A stretch of DNA of 64,000 bases from Schmidtea polychroa (lineage: Eukaryota), in assembly GCA_044892525.1 (NCBI GenBank), contig CM097885.1, positions 5,520,001 to 5,584,000 of the forward strand. The letters are read 5' to 3'. Each line of letters opens with the position of its first letter. Position 1 is the first letter of the stretch. A program made the translations under genes and the position numbers. Positions 27,483 to 41,073 of the stretch are shown here, one piece after another. The notes under the pieces are model-generated. The model saw nothing but the letters and a program-made list of their open reading frames with translations. It ran no database searches and was not told where the DNA came from.

Positions 27483-29168
27483 ATGATGAAGTGATGGTTT
27501 CGTTTGATGTGTGTAGTCTTTTTACTAATGTTCCATTGGCGGAAACGATTGATTTATGTTGTGAAATGTGGAATAATAATGAGTCTGAACATAAGAATGT
27601 GGATAAAATTGCTTTTCGCAAATTGCTTGAATTTTCAACGTCGAATGTTAACTTTTTGTTTAATAATGAATCGTATAAACAAGTGGATGGTGTTGCTATG
27701 GGTTCTCCATTAGCCCCAACTATGGCTTCTATTTTTATGTCTAGTTTGGAAAAGAAAATGTCTTCATGCCATCTTGTTAAACCTAGTGTACAAACGGTAT
27801 GTGGATGATATTTTTTTGGTGTTTGAGAGTCGTGAACATGTAATGCCGTTTTTATATTTTATGAATGATTTGCATAAGAATATTAAATTCACATGTGAGG
27901 AAGAAAAAGGGTCATCGATTGCGTTTTTAGATTTACTCATTCAACGCAAATCGAAACATTATGAGACTGAAATATATAGAAAGTCGACGGATACTGGTTT
28001 ATATACAACGCCTGATAGTTTTTGTGAGTTTAAATATAAAAGGAATATGGTGAGAGGATTAGTGTTTCGTGCTTGGTCACTATCCTCCACGTTTGCTAAT
28101 TCAGTAAAAAGTATTGATGTATTGGTTGAGTTGTTACTTAAAAATGGCTACTCTAAATCTTTTCTTGAGAAAATGACAAAAGTGACTGTGGATAAGTTAA
28201 TGTTTAAATCTGATAACGTTGGTATGCGTACGTCTGAATCTGAGGTACCTATTGATCCTGAGGAAAGTACTATGTTAAATTCGGAAAGTGACAAGAATCG
28301 ATCCAATCGCATGGAGCCGAAATATGTGTTAGTATTGCCTTATTCGGAGGGTTTCAGAGAATTTAAACATAAAATTCTCAAATATGTAGACAAGGATCAA
28401 TTCAGGATTGTTTCCACTTCTTGCAAAGTTAGCAGTATGTTTACTAGTAAATGTCCAACGCCAATTGGTTTGTGTTCTGAGCTTGTGTATCAATTTTCAT
28501 GTAATGGGTGTAATGCCATATACATTGGAGAGACTGCCCGTCATCTCTGCACCCGAGTTCTTGAACACTGTCGACCAAAAGGATTGACTAATATTAGTAA
28601 TCATGTTAGGAAATGTGTCAGTAAAAAAATAGGTATCTCTGATTTTAAAATTATTTCAAAAGGTTTAAGTAATTATTGGGAACGAGTAACTTGTGAGGCA
28701 TTGTTGATTAGATATTTAAATCCAAAAATAAATGATCAAGTTGCCCGTTCCACGGAGATTTTGAATGTGTTTAAGTAATTGAAGGATGAAGGTTGGGAGT
28801 CTTGTTTGTGGTATAATTATGTTTGTGTTTTGTAAACTATGTAATTTTTTTTTAAAATTTGTTAATTTTATGTTGAATGTTAAATGTGATTAAATTAAAA
28901 TTTAATTTTAAAATAATATGTATGTGGGTTATGTAAAATATGGTTTGGTTTTTTAAAATGTTTTTTTTGAAATATTTTTTTTTAAAATATTTTTTTTTTT
29001 AAATTTTTGATACAGTTTGGAGATGATTATTATTAGTTAATTTGTTTAGATATTGCATATTTTATGTCTTATTATTGATTATCCAGATTGCGGCCTGACG
29101 AAGATTGTTGTACAATTGAAATATATCGCGTTTATGTTGAATTTATTGAGTTGGCGTTTCTCTATTAT
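27483..29168 (+). mobile_element. Inverted second arm of the same Penelope element
   Basis: Near-identical reverse complement of 25460-27131, including the same frameshift. Confidence 0.92.
29088..29133 (+). ncRNA. Minimal type I hammerhead motif in the Penelope 3' end (mirror copy ~25498-25542, minus)
   Basis: CTGACGA-A-GATTG ttgta CAATT-GAAA-TATA-TC; stem I is weak. Confidence 0.6.
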
Positions 29169-29877
29169 TATTATTATTATTATCATTATTATTTAATCGA
29201 TAAATAATGTTGACATTCGACAAAATGTCAACAATTGACATTAGGAACAGAAATCATCCGAAAGAATAAACATATTTCAGGAGAAATGCAAATAGTTTCA
29301 ATTCATTTTGGGAAAAAAATTAATCAAACGCGAATTCGTTTGCTGAAAATTTGAATGATTTATTTTCCCTATTTCATTGAGTGGGAATCTGATTCTAATT
29401 AGCAACCTGATTCTAGCCTCATTTATTATCTGTCAACATTTTTCTTCATTTCATTATAATCTCTTTTAATTTCTATAATTTAAAAAATAAATCATTAAAT
29501 CTATATTAAAAGCAACCCATTGACTTATTATTGTGTGTAACCTACACGTAATTTCATTGGATAACGCAATTATGTTATATAAGCCAACCAATAAGCTTAT
29601 ACGCCAAAACGCAAAATGAGGCCTAAATGACAAAAAATAGAAACTTGAAAACAATAATAAATTCATCAGTAATAAATGTGTGTTTGTGCCATTAACAAAA
29701 ATGACAATAAGTAGAAAAGAAAGCTAAAAAAATCAAGCAATGCAAGCCCTCATTGTATAAACATATTTATATAATAATTACACCATTTCTGTAGTTTTAT
29801 TGTAAACCTTGATTAAATATTAGAAGTTACAAATTGAACAAACAAAATCATAGTGAACTCAGTAAGCGACAATTATT

Positions 29878-29961
<84 letters not shown>

Positions 29962-30362
29962 TCCCGCTTGATAACATTTTCTATAATGAAAATAATAATT
30001 AATAAAAATTATACGTCAAAGCGTAATAAGTAAGAGTCTAATTGGACAAAAATAAAAGCCTCAGTGATATAGAAAGACTAATCAGTAATAAATGTGTGTT
30101 AGTGTCAATTCCCAATATGAAAATAAATAAAGTCCTTTGAGAGTCTTCAATATCGAAAGGTAGATAAATTTATTTTGAAAAAACGAAATTTATAAACAGA
30201 TAAGAGCAATTTACAATAAGTAAGAACCTCATTTTAAATGTAAAAGAGGAATTCCGGATGTTATTAAAGAAATAATTGAGGCGCACCGACGATTGATCAC
30301 AGAACCGTAGCGCCCAGTGCAACTGCGACGTTAGTGCACAAAATATTTGTTTTAATATTGTA

Positions 30363-31230
30363 CATCAAACACCACTGAGATCGGTTCTCTATAGTGGTTG
30401 TTGGCGTGTAAATTCACTCACCAATTTATTTACCAATTCTAATTGGTTGTAATTGTAAATCATCTTTGTCAATTTATCATGTCTCATTTATATATTTTGG
30501 AAATTTATTTTAGACATTTTACAAATGGCTTTCAAGTAATTTTTTTTATTTAAAGTAAATTTTAAGACTTGAATTCTGATCCATATAGATATGAGATCAT
30601 TACTTTTAATCAACAGTATAATTATAAATTATTTTAATTAATTTTCAGGGTTTTTTAGGAATTTTATGATATTTACCTCTATTTATTTTGGAATTATTTC
30701 GAAAAAATGTGAGTTCGATATATTTTTAATTATAATTAATGAAATAAATGAATCAATCACCTAAATATATATTTTGTTAAAACATTTTGAGGAAAATCGA
30801 TGATTAAAATAATTTTTTTAATTTTTGTAATTTTTTTTCTGAGGAGCTTCTTTCAGGAAATCAAATCTGGATTGAAAAGATATTGAACCAAATTCATCTG
30901 CTCTTGATATTTTCATTAAAAATATAATTTTAAAAATTTTTAATGATCTTTTATTTCTAAAAATTGTCTAAAATAGAATTATTATAGAAACGTTACATTG
31001 TTACATTTCTACGAATCAAAAGTTTGTATGTTCTTTTTAGTATGTGTTGTGCTTGTGTGCATTTTTTAATTTTTCTTCCACTTTTCATTTTCTATAATAT
31101 AAGATGAATCTCACTGAGCTATAAATGAGAACATCAACGTGAAATCAAAGTAAGTATGTATGTTTCTATAATGTAAGATTATTGATTTTTTTGTTATATT
31201 ATAGGAAACGGTTCTCAGTGGTGTTTGATG
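30363..31230. mobile_element. TA-flanked MITE; truncated copy at ~32770-33472
   Basis: TIR CATCAAACACCACTGAGA / TCTCAGTGGTGTTTGATG with TA on both sides; internal ~700 bp repeated on the other side of GPCR exon 2. Confidence 0.75.
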
Positions 31231-32136
31231 TATTCACAATTAAAATTACTTTACTGGCAAAATAAGATAATTTCTGACAAACAACATGCTTATCGATAGA
31301 AAGTAAAGTGCTGACATCACAAAAATATTTCTAAATACTTTCTAAATTTCGGGAGAGTATGAATAATATTATGGAATTTGATGGAGATTTATTAACTGTA
31401 TATAAAATAATTACTTGCGCGCAATAGTCGCTGCAGCAATAATTGATATTTCGATTTATTTCTTTTACTCCGTACATACAAACATGTAATCTTTTAGTTA
31501 ATTTATGTTTTTTGGTAGAATTTGTGCCGAGAAAACTTTTACAAATTGCTCATAATATAAAATGTAAAGCAGTTAAAATAAAAAAAACTGAAAATCAAAT
31601 GAAAAGGTAGTCCGCGGTACATGCAAGCACCCGGTAAAATATTACTAAATGTGTAAAATCGAATAAGAGTCATATATTAGAGGTTGTTATTTCATGCAAA
31701 CAATTTCACACCCGTTTGTGCGGAATGAAAACTTCTATAATAGAGGTTGGTGTGCAAATTTATAAATGACTCATAATATATCATCAGTTAAATTCATTCA
31801 ATTTGAATTTGATTTTAATTGTATTATTCCGCATTTTTATTTTTGTAGAATTTATATTATTTTCCACATATTTTTATTTTATTTATCCATTTCGGACAAA
31901 ACTGGTGAATATTTATTAATTAATGTTTTTGGGTTATTTTATATTGATTTTATTTTGTCCATTTACTTTTTCTTCCACTTTTCAATTTCTATATAAAAGA
32001 TTTTATTCTCTGCAACATCAAGGTGTGTTTGTGTGTTTCGATAATATAAGTTTATTGATTTCTAGCTGTTAAGCAGCCAATATTTGTCGGCTTATTATTT
32101 TTGCAATATCTAAACGTATAAATGAATTTAACTTAC

Positions 32137-32353
32137 ATTTATTCCATTTCGAGGCATCCTTCAACCGAGATAGGATCAAGGAGTAGCAAACAATGATGAT
32201 TACCAAAGGTAAAGCATAATTGATTATGTAATGCATCCAGAATACTACTTTTAGTCGCCACTGCTGGACCTTCATGAACAATGATATGTGAACACATTGG
32301 ATGAATGGCAAGGGATACGGCGCAGGCGCCTGGGCAGTGTCAAACATAGTCAC
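32137..32353 (-). CDS. GnRH/AKH-receptor-like GPCR, exon 2 (ECL2, TM5)
   Basis: FIQCVH...YALPLVIIIVCYSLI; acceptor tttcag|GTG (phase 0), donor T|gtaagt (phase 1). Confidence 0.85.
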
Positions 32354-32369
32354 CTGAAATAATATAATT

Positions 32370-32443
<74 letters not shown>

Positions 32444-32463
32444 TTAATAATAATAATAATTTA

Positions 32464-32602
32464 TTGAAAAGAACTTCAAGACTATAAATCAGTAAATATC
32501 TCGATGTTCTTGATATTCACGAATTTTCGGCACTGCCTTTTCAAGTGAATATCAAGAGCATCGATATATAAACTGATTTATAGTCTTCAAGCTCTTTTTA
32601 AT
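32464..32602 (-). ncRNA. Variant (U3-A8) minimal hammerhead capping a ~55-bp hairpin
   Basis: Minus strand GATATTCAC-TTGAAAA-GGCAGTGCC-GAAA-ATTC-GTGAATATC, with flanks pairing further out. Confidence 0.55.
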
Positions 32603-35039
32603 AGATACAATGGAAAAAAATCAGTGGTGTAATTAGAAAAAAAGTTCTTATAATAATAATAATAATGTTACAAATAAAATTTATCAAGATATTGCCGGAT
32701 ATTTTTTTTATAATTTTTTTACGTATGAATTGCTCATCATGAAATTTATTTTAGCCATTTTAGAAATGGTATTCAGGTAAGATATTAAATTTAAAGTAAA
32801 TTTTAAGACTTGAATTTTGATCCATATGGATATGAGATCATTATTCAAGTTCTTAAATATTATTTTTAATCAACAATATAATTATAAATTATTTTTAATT
32901 AATTTTCAGGCTTTTTTAGGAATTTTATGTCTTTTATTAAAGTATTTTGGAATTATTTCGAAAAAATGTGAGTCCGATATATTTTTAATTATAATTTTAA
33001 TTTTTTTAAAACATTTTTGGAAAAATCGCTGATTAGAATAATTTTTTTAATTTTTGTAATTTTTTTCTCAGCTCAATATGAGGGGATTCTTAAAGGAAAT
33101 CAAATCTGGAGTAAAATGATTTTGAACCAAATTCATCTGCTCTTGATATTTTCATTAAAAATATAATTTAAAAAATTTTCAACGATCTTTTTTTTCTAAA
33201 AATTGTCTAAAATAGAATTATTATAGAAACGTATCTCGTCGTTACAATTTTACGAATCAAAAGTTTGTATGTGTTTTTTATTTTGTGTTGTGCTTGTGTG
33301 CATTTTTTAATTTTCCTTCCACTTTTCAGATTTCTATAATATAAGATGCATCTCATTGAGCTGTAAATGAGAACATCAACGTGAAATCAAAGTAAGTATG
33401 TATGTTTCTATAATGTAAGATTATTGATTTTTTTGTTATATTATAGGAAATGGTTCTCAGTGGTGTTTGGTGTAATACGCATGACTGTTAAACTTGTCTG
33501 CACGAATTGCAGTTTGAGAAAGTACAAATGTCGGTTTTGACATCAATATACATTTAATCAAAAATTTTCAATTTTTCAAACATCTTGTTTATTTTATGAT
33601 TATACCACACAAAATTTTAATACTTTTATCCACTAATAATTTTGGGAAGAATATTTTTATGTAATTATAGTGAATACTATTTTCTGTTTAAAGAAATTCC
33701 ACCATAAATTTAATATTTCAATTATAAATTACGTTTTTTGATGCTTTATTTCTGCATTTTTCATAATTTCCGGTAATCTATTCGTAAAAAAATGTTAAAT
33801 TGTATCTTTATTTTTCTTCTACTCATGGGAGACAGAATGCGATAAAGCGTTAGAAATATGCTAGAATTGCATAATTTTATAATTAACGATGTCAGTAATA
33901 CACCCGTTTGCAAGGAATACAAAATTCTATAATATATAAAAAATCAATAAACCTATATTATTGAAACACACAAACTTACCAGTTACAACATGTTAATGTT
34001 AAATGGAATAAAAACTTTTATATAGAATTTGAAAAGTGGTAGAAAATTAAATTCAACACACGAAATGCATGTAAACTTTCGATACATAAAAATGTTTTAG
34101 AAATTTTTTTTTGTAAAATAGTTGCAGATTAAAATTAAGAATACTGCTGAATTCAATTTTGGAAAAATAAGTTTTCGAAAAAATAAAAACAGAAAATGAT
34201 GAAAACGAATTTCATTTAAAATTATTATTATGAATACCAAAATGTTGTGTGTATCGATTCAGCATACACTACAAAAATATTATCGAGTGGAGCTTGGTGT
34301 TGCACATGCATATAGTTTTAGTCCTTATTTCAAATAGGTGTGCATATATTTTTCTATATATAAATTAATTATATCTCATATTAAACCAGTGGTCTTCAAA
34401 GTGGGTTCCGCAAAAAAATATTTTTGTAAAAGGGTTCTGCAAGCATATAAAGTTTGAAGAGCACTTTATTTGATTATAATTTGTGTGCTTTAGTTTATTT
34501 AGTAAATTGTAAGATTGCTTGATATGCGTGAAAACATACAACTCCCATATACCAATATGCTGTAGAAATGAAGCTACATAAACATGGGATACACATGAGT
34601 GAACCCCACTAATGATGGGGCTATGCAAATTATTTTATTAATATTTTTCATCTTTCACTAAAAAGTATGCTGCTTAACCGATAAATTATAGTTACGTTTT
34701 TAAATGAAAATTAAAAAATAACTCTTAGATAAAAATTAAGGGCACTGTATAAAATTTTTTATTCTTACATGACAATAGGATATTGTAATCAATTCCTGGG
34801 GGACTCAAATGCCTGATAAAATCAATTTATTTTTCCACAGAATGTGATTCAATGAATTTAAATTTAGTAATTTTTATTTAGCCTCATTATCTCTTTATTG
34901 TACATGAAATGCAAATTTTCCTCTAGGGAGCAACATTAAATGAATAAATGCAAAAATATAAATATCTTCATTTCCAATACATGGGATAATTGAATCATAA
35001 TTCTTGGTTATATCCTTGTTGGTTTAATTATTCATTTTC

Positions 35040-35140
35040 TCCCACCACCTCCCACCGCCTCCCACCACCTCTCACCGCCTCCCACCACCTCTCACCGCCT
35101 CCCACCACCTCTCACCGCCTCCCACCGCATCTGACCGCCT
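35040..35140. repeat. 10-bp minisatellite C(C/T)CACC(A/G)CCT
   Basis: About ten tandem units. Confidence 0.85.
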
Positions 35141-37129
35141 TTCCCTCAACTTGAACAATTCATTGCAGCTATCCTTTGACTCTCAGAGTTCTTCAGTTTG
35201 GCTATAAGAAAACCTTAAGTACTATTTTTCTATATTTTTTAATAAATTTTTCGTCAATAAATTTGTGAAAATGATAATAATAATCTCCTTTCTCAGTGCT
35301 ATTTCGAAAATTCTACATTTAAAAGTCGTTATGAAAGTCGTTAGAACCTTACTTATCTTTTATTTAAATTGCTGGAGTAAACTTTATTTATGATATAAAG
35401 GACGTAATTCTCAGGTTGGGCTGCGCCAAATTTCGTCAGAACTTTCTCATAATGCATGTGAAAGTAATTAAATTGAAGAAGTATTTAATTTCCAGATTTA
35501 AATAGATTTAAATAATATAATTAAAGTAAATAATAAAATTATAAATTAAAATAATAAATTAAATATATTTAAGAATGATTGAAGATTAAAATATAAAATA
35601 ATTATTGAATGCTTGTGTACGAATATTCCCTATTCAAATATTAACTCATGCTTGCAAAAATATCATCTAAGCTAAAAACAGTGATTGTTTTAATAATAGA
35701 GATTTTTGTTTTGGTTTAAAAAATATAGTTTTGTTTTGTTTTTAAAATATGGATATGATTAATTTAAGAAACCAAACTTCTAATAATGCAAAATGGAGTT
35801 TTGATAACACTTAATAACTAAAATACAGATAAAATAATAAATTATACTTAAACATTTTATAGCTGCTATTGACAGGCTATTGATTGGTCAACTTATTGGT
35901 TAGAAAATATCCAATCATTCATTTAGATTAAGCTTTACACAAATTTTCTGGAATAGTCGTAATAGTTACACTTAAGTTAATGAGATAAACAATAAGCAAA
36001 AATTATTATAATTTGTCTTTTTTTCTATTTCCTGCGCTCGCCATCAAGTTGTAAAAGTTGAATTTTTTCCCAAGACCGATGGCATATTTTCCCAATGAAT
36101 TACATAAAGTATTACAAATCCTTTATCAAAATTAGCATTTGATATTACTTAAGACTGATGTACGAAGCGTAGGTCTATAGGCCGTTATAGACCTTGGGGA
36201 AATGGCATTTCTCGCGTATATTCACTTAAAACTGTTAAGCGTCAAAATGATTCCTAGACACAAATCGAACCGGATCAGGTAACGGTATTTGTCGGGTATG
36301 ATATTAAGGGGTCCCTTATATCTGAGAGGTTTCAGTAATAGATCAAACAAGTGGGAAATTATAAATAAATTATAAACTTGCCAATGTTTACATAGGAAAT
36401 ACGATCCTGAAATCCTGGATTAATACTAGGCAAATTCCGAAAGTGTAGTTAGACAAAGTTTCCCTTGGATAATTCTCGTTTTCATGCCGCTTGAAATTTT
36501 GATTTGGAAAATAAATTTCGCAAATTTCCTATCAATTAACCGGGGCAATAAGATATATTATATTCTTTAAAAGGAAAATAATTCATTTATCAGTCATTCC
36601 AAATTAACGGGGGAAGGGGGGGGGGCACAGTTGAATAAATTTCATAATAAATTCATTTCATAATTTACATTAACTCATTTTAAAATAACTTTCAATTAGA
36701 CTAATTGAATTTAATTATGACATTTGTTTTATTATAATTCGAATAAAATAACGCAAATTGACCTTTTGATAAATTCAAAAAAACAAATATTTATTGAATT
36801 ATTATTATTATTATTATTAATTTTATTTTATTATTATTATTATTATTATTGTAAGGAGTTAGTAAACCTCTATATAAAATTATTATGGTTAAATGTAGAA
36901 GTGAGATCAGTTAGTAGAAATAATTATTTCTGTTAAATTTGTATATTTAAATTCTATATTAAATTATATCATATTATATTAAATTATATTAAATTAAATC
37001 AATTAAATGTATGACCAGTAATTACATTAATATTAATAATTATCACGCCTCGGTGTTTAAATATTCTAGTAAACGGCTCAGTTTTGAAGTTGTTATAAAA
37101 ATAAATGCTTGAAGAAGACTTGAATTTAA

Positions 37130-38179
37130 TTGCGTCTAACATGGCGACCACACCAGGACTTATTGATAAGCAGACTATTACCTGAGAAATTTCACAAAGG
37201 CGATGATTTAGAAAATTTTATCAAGGATTGTCAAAGGTTTTTTGGCGCGACAAAAACAACAATTAGGATGCAAGTAATATTAACTACAACATTACTTGAC
37301 AGATCGCTAATGGAAGATTATGAAGCAGCCGAAGGAAAAACTATGGAAGAGAAACTTCGATATGCATTTTCAAAACCGACATCATTAATGGATGATCTAA
37401 AAGAAGCTTTGAGTTATGAACAAGGATCAGATTCAGCCGAAACTTTTATAGAGAAAATTAAAAAGATGACAAAGAAATTAATAGCGCACAAATGGGATGA
37501 AGAAGAAATAGAAAAATGCCTGCTTACAAACTGTGTAAGAGATCGAGAAGTTAAAAAAGAGATCGAGATGAAAGATTTGAAAACATCAGAAGAAATAAAA
37601 GCGACAATAAAGAAATTAGAAAAGGTAAACAAAATTATGGGCCATGTTAATGTTGTGAAGACTTCACCGGTTGTTCAAAACTACAGAAGCTACAGAGATG
37701 TTGCTCAAAGAGGAATGGTAAACGGAAATAATAATTTCAAGCAGCGAAACGTCAGTAACGGACAATTGGAATGCTGGACATGCAAGAAAATTGGTCATGT
37801 GAGTCGAGAATGCCAAATGAAAAAGAAAATTACGTGTTTTGCATGCGGAGTTGAAGGCCACGTACGGCGAGAATGTTCAACGATTCAATGCCAGAGATGT
37901 CACTTACGTGGACATAAGGAGATTGACTGCTATACAAATTTGGAAAGAAGGAAGTTTCGAACTAATTCAAACATGAGAAACAATAATTATTATGCCCATC
38001 GAACCACAAGCTATCAACAAAAGATCAACAATCCAAGAAGAACAATTACAGCAATTGAACCTAATGATGAGACGATGCCATTGGAGTATTCAGACGATGC
38101 AGAAGACAAATATGAGGAGATTCAGCACCAAAAAGTACATGCTTCGACACGGGAGGCAATGATCGGAGCAATATACTAG
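37130..38179 (+). CDS. Gypsy Gag with three CCHC zinc knuckles
   Basis: CWTCKKIGHVSREC, CFACGVEGHVRREC, CQRCHLRGHKEIDC; start codon uncertain. Confidence 0.88.
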   Translation: MRLTWRPHQDLLISRLLPEKFHKGDDLENFIKDCQRFFGATKTTIRMQVILTTTLLDRSLMEDYEAAEGKTMEEKLRYAFSKPTSLMDDLKEALSYEQGSDSAETFIEKIKKMTKKLIAHKWDEEEIEKCLLTNCVRDREVKKEIEMKDLKTSEEIKATIKKLEKVNKIMGHVNVVKTSPVVQNYRSYRDVAQRGMVNGNNNFKQRNVSNGQLECWTCKKIGHVSRECQMKKKITCFACGVEGHVRRECSTIQCQRCHLRGHKEIDCYTNLERRKFRTNSNMRNNNYYAHRTTSYQQKINNPRRTITAIEPNDETMPLEYSDDAEDKYEEIQHQKVHASTREAMIGAIY

Positions 38180-40575
38180 GTAATTTTGATATTGATGTAA
38201 ATATTGGTCATAATAATTTTAATAATGTAAATAATCCTTATATATATAATAATGTAGAACCTTTATGTAATAATATTTGTAATTTTAAAAAGTTTCCTTT
38301 AAATAATTTTAAATGTTATAGTTATTTTAATGCTGATCGATCTTTAATAAATAATAATATTAATAATCCTAAGAATCAAGAAGAGTATAGTAAAATTAAA
38401 GAAGCAGAATATAATAATAAAATAGTAAATGAAAAAGTTTATAAATTTATTAAGAAGGCAGAAGATAAATTAGAGAGAAATGAAATTGGGTGGATTAATG
38501 AAATATCAGAGGAGCAAAATATTTTCACTAAAGATGAATGGAAACGACCGAAATTGAGTTATGACAAAATGCAAGGTAGGCCGAGTACAACTCTTGAAAT
38601 TCAGGGTTATAGAATGGAATGCTTACTAGATACAGGAGCAAGAGTAAATGTAATGGCAGAAGCAGTTGTGGAAAAATTAGTGAATGTGAAAATCATAAAA
38701 ACAGATGAGATGTTAAGATGTGCAAATGATAGTAAATTAGAGACAATCGGAAAAATATATATTGATGTTAGAATTGGTAATATGGAAAGAAAAATAACAT
38801 TTATAATAGTTAAAAATATTGTTCCAGATATAATAGGCGGAGTGGAATTGCAGAAAGAGTTTGGAATTGAATTAAACTACATCAAGCAAAATGAAGAAGG
38901 ATATAATGAATTTGTATGTGAAATAGAAGCTAGATTTGGGGAAAAGATTACAGATAACGAGAGATGTCAAAGAGCAATAGAAATTCTAAGATTAAACGAA
39001 AATAAAAGACTGTTAGAGATTGTTAAAAACAATAAAAGTGTTTTTATGGCTAATAACTGGGATATCGGATGTACTGATTTAATTGCACATAAAATCATCA
39101 CAAAAGAAGGGCCAATTATGATAAAACCCAGAAGACAACCCATCAATTTAGAGGAGAAAATAAATGCTGCTATAAAAAATTTAGAAAATAATGATATCAT
39201 AAGAAGATGTAATTCACCTTGGAATACGCCGTTAGTATGCGTGTGGAAAAAAGACAAAAAAGATATCAGACTTTGTTTAGATTTTAGACAGCTTAATAAG
39301 ATTACTGAAAGACAAGCTTTTCCTATGCCGAATGTAGAAGAAATTCTAGATACATTACATGGATCTAAGTACTTTAGTTCTATAGACCTTGGGAACGCTT
39401 ATTATCAGGTGAAGTTGGACATAGAATCGCAAGAAAAGACAGCATTTTCTACTAAAGAAGGACAATTTTGTTTTAATAGAATGCCTTTTGGCATTGCGGC
39501 GGCATCGGCTACATTCCAAGAATTAATGACAAAAATATTGAAAGATCTAAGAACAAGAGTTATGGTGTATTTAGACGATATTTTAATTTTTACAAGAACA
39601 ATTGAAGAACATTACAATGTGTTTGGAAAAGTTCTAGAGAAAATAAGGGAAGCTAAATTGAGAATCAACCCAGAAAAATGTCAGTTATTAAAGAGCGAAG
39701 TAAAGTTTTTAGGGCACATTATTAACAGTCAGGGGATTCGGACAGATCAAAGTAAAATTGAGGCTATTAAATCATTTCAGAGGCCTAAGTGTATAAAGAA
39801 TTTGAGAAGCTTTTTAGGTATATGTAACTATTATCGGAGATTTATTAAGGAATATGCAACAAAATCAAGAGCGCTAGAAAGCATATGTGGAAGCAATAGT
39901 GAAAAAATAATCTGGACTGAGGAATGTGAGAAAGCTTTCGAAGAAATGAAAATGGCGTTGACTACAGCGCCAATTCTCGTATTTCCAGATTTCAAGAAAG
40001 AATTCATATTAGATACAGACGCAAGCTTTGATACAATTGGAGCTGTATTATCACAAAGAGATGAAATGGGGCATGAACACGTTATTGCATATGGATCCCA
40101 TGCAATGAGTAGCCATGAAAGAGGATATTGTATAACACGAAAAGAGCTTTTGGCTATATATTATTTCTGTCGCCATTTCAACCATTATTTATACGGTAAA
40201 CGGTTTGTTTTGCGCACTGATCATAAAGCAATAACTTTTATGTTAACGACAAAGAAGCCGATAACAGCACAGTTCCAAACGTGGATAAATTACTTGAGCA
40301 GTTTAGACATAAAAATGGAGTTCAGAAAAGGTACGGCGCATACGAATGCAGATATGCTGTCTAGAAATACATGCGGCAAATGTGTACAATGTTTGATGGA
40401 CCATGATAACCCCAAATCAGGGCGATTAAAAACTAGATTGTTAACATTGATGACCGAAAATAATGGAAATGAATGGCAAAGAGATAATGCAGAAATACAA
40501 GATTATCACGCCTCGGTGTTTAAATATTCTAGTAAACGGCTCAGTTTTGAAGTTGTTATAAAAATAAATGCTTGA
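38128..40575 (+). CDS. Gypsy Pol (protease-RT-RNase H), -1 frame to gag, truncated before integrase
   Basis: LLDTGA, YLDDILI, LDTDAS...TDHKAI; frame is open from ~38128 through an Asn-rich spacer. Confidence 0.88.
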   Translation, partial: PKSTCFDTGGNDRSNILGNFDIDVNIGHNNFNNVNNPYIYNNVEPLCNNICNFKKFPLNNFKCYSYFNADRSLINNNINNPKNQEEYSKIKEAEYNNKIVNEKVYKFIKKAEDKLERNEIGWINEISEEQNIFTKDEWKRPKLSYDKMQGRPSTTLEIQGYRMECLLDTGARVNVMAEAVVEKLVNVKIIKTDEMLRCANDSKLETIGKIYIDVRIGNMERKITFIIVKNIVPDIIGGVELQKEFGIELNYIKQNEEGYNEFVCEIEARFGEKITDNERCQRAIEILRLNENKRLLEIVKNNKSVFMANNWDIGCTDLIAHKIITKEGPIMIKPRRQPINLEEKINAAIKNLENNDIIRRCNSPWNTPLVCVWKKDKKDIRLCLDFRQLNKITERQAFPMPNVEEILDTLHGSKYFSSIDLGNAYYQVKLDIESQEKTAFSTKEGQFCFNRMPFGIAAASATFQELMTKILKDLRTRVMVYLDDILIFTRTIEEHYNVFGKVLEKIREAKLRINPEKCQLLKSEVKFLGHIINSQGIRTDQSKIEAIKSFQRPKCIKNLRSFLGICNYYRRFIKEYATKSRALESICGSNSEKIIWTEECEKAFEEMKMALTTAPILVFPDFKKEFILDTDASFDTIGAVLSQRDEMGHEHVIAYGSHAMSSHERGYCITRKELLAIYYFCRHFNHYLYGKRFVLRTDHKAITFMLTTKKPITAQFQTWINYLSSLDIKMEFRKGTAHTNADMLSRNTCGKCVQCLMDHDNPKSGRLKTRLLTLMTENNGNEWQRDNAEIQDYHASVFKYSSKRLSFEVVIKINA

Positions 40576-40604
40576 AGAAGACTTGAATTTAATTGCGTCT
40601 AACA

Positions 40605-40748
<144 letters not shown>

Positions 40749-40785
40749 GCTAATTATATTATTATTATTGTTAATTTTATTATTA

Positions 40786-41073
40786 CTAGGGGCTTTGCCC
40801 CTGTTCGCATCGCTTCACCAACCCCTTTAGGACGCTGGAAATAATAGCGGGAAAATGATAATCATTTCATGTTTGAAGAAGGAATCGAAGCGGACTTTTA
40901 AAAAAATAAAAAACTTTAAAAAAAATAAGAATAATAAAATTTAAAAAAAATAATAATAAAAAAAAATAAATAAAAAAAACCAAAAAAATAAATAAATAAA
41001 TAAAAATAAAATAAAATAAAGAAAAGTAATATTCGGATGTAGGGAACCCTTAGCTTTTTTATATATAGAGAGA
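40786..41073 (-). mobile_element. Non-autonomous Helitron-like element
   Basis: Minus strand A|TCTCTCTATATATAAAA ... CTAG|T with GGGGC-TTT-GCCCC hairpin next to the CTAG end. Confidence 0.6.

Larger units (their letters stand above)
36850..40604 (+). mobile_element. Gypsy LTR retrotransposon with integrase, PPT and most of the 3' LTR deleted
   Basis: 5' LTR TG..CA 36850-37141, PBS TGGCGACC; last ~103 bp of the LTR repeated at 40502-40604; inserted in (TTA)n. Confidence 0.9.
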
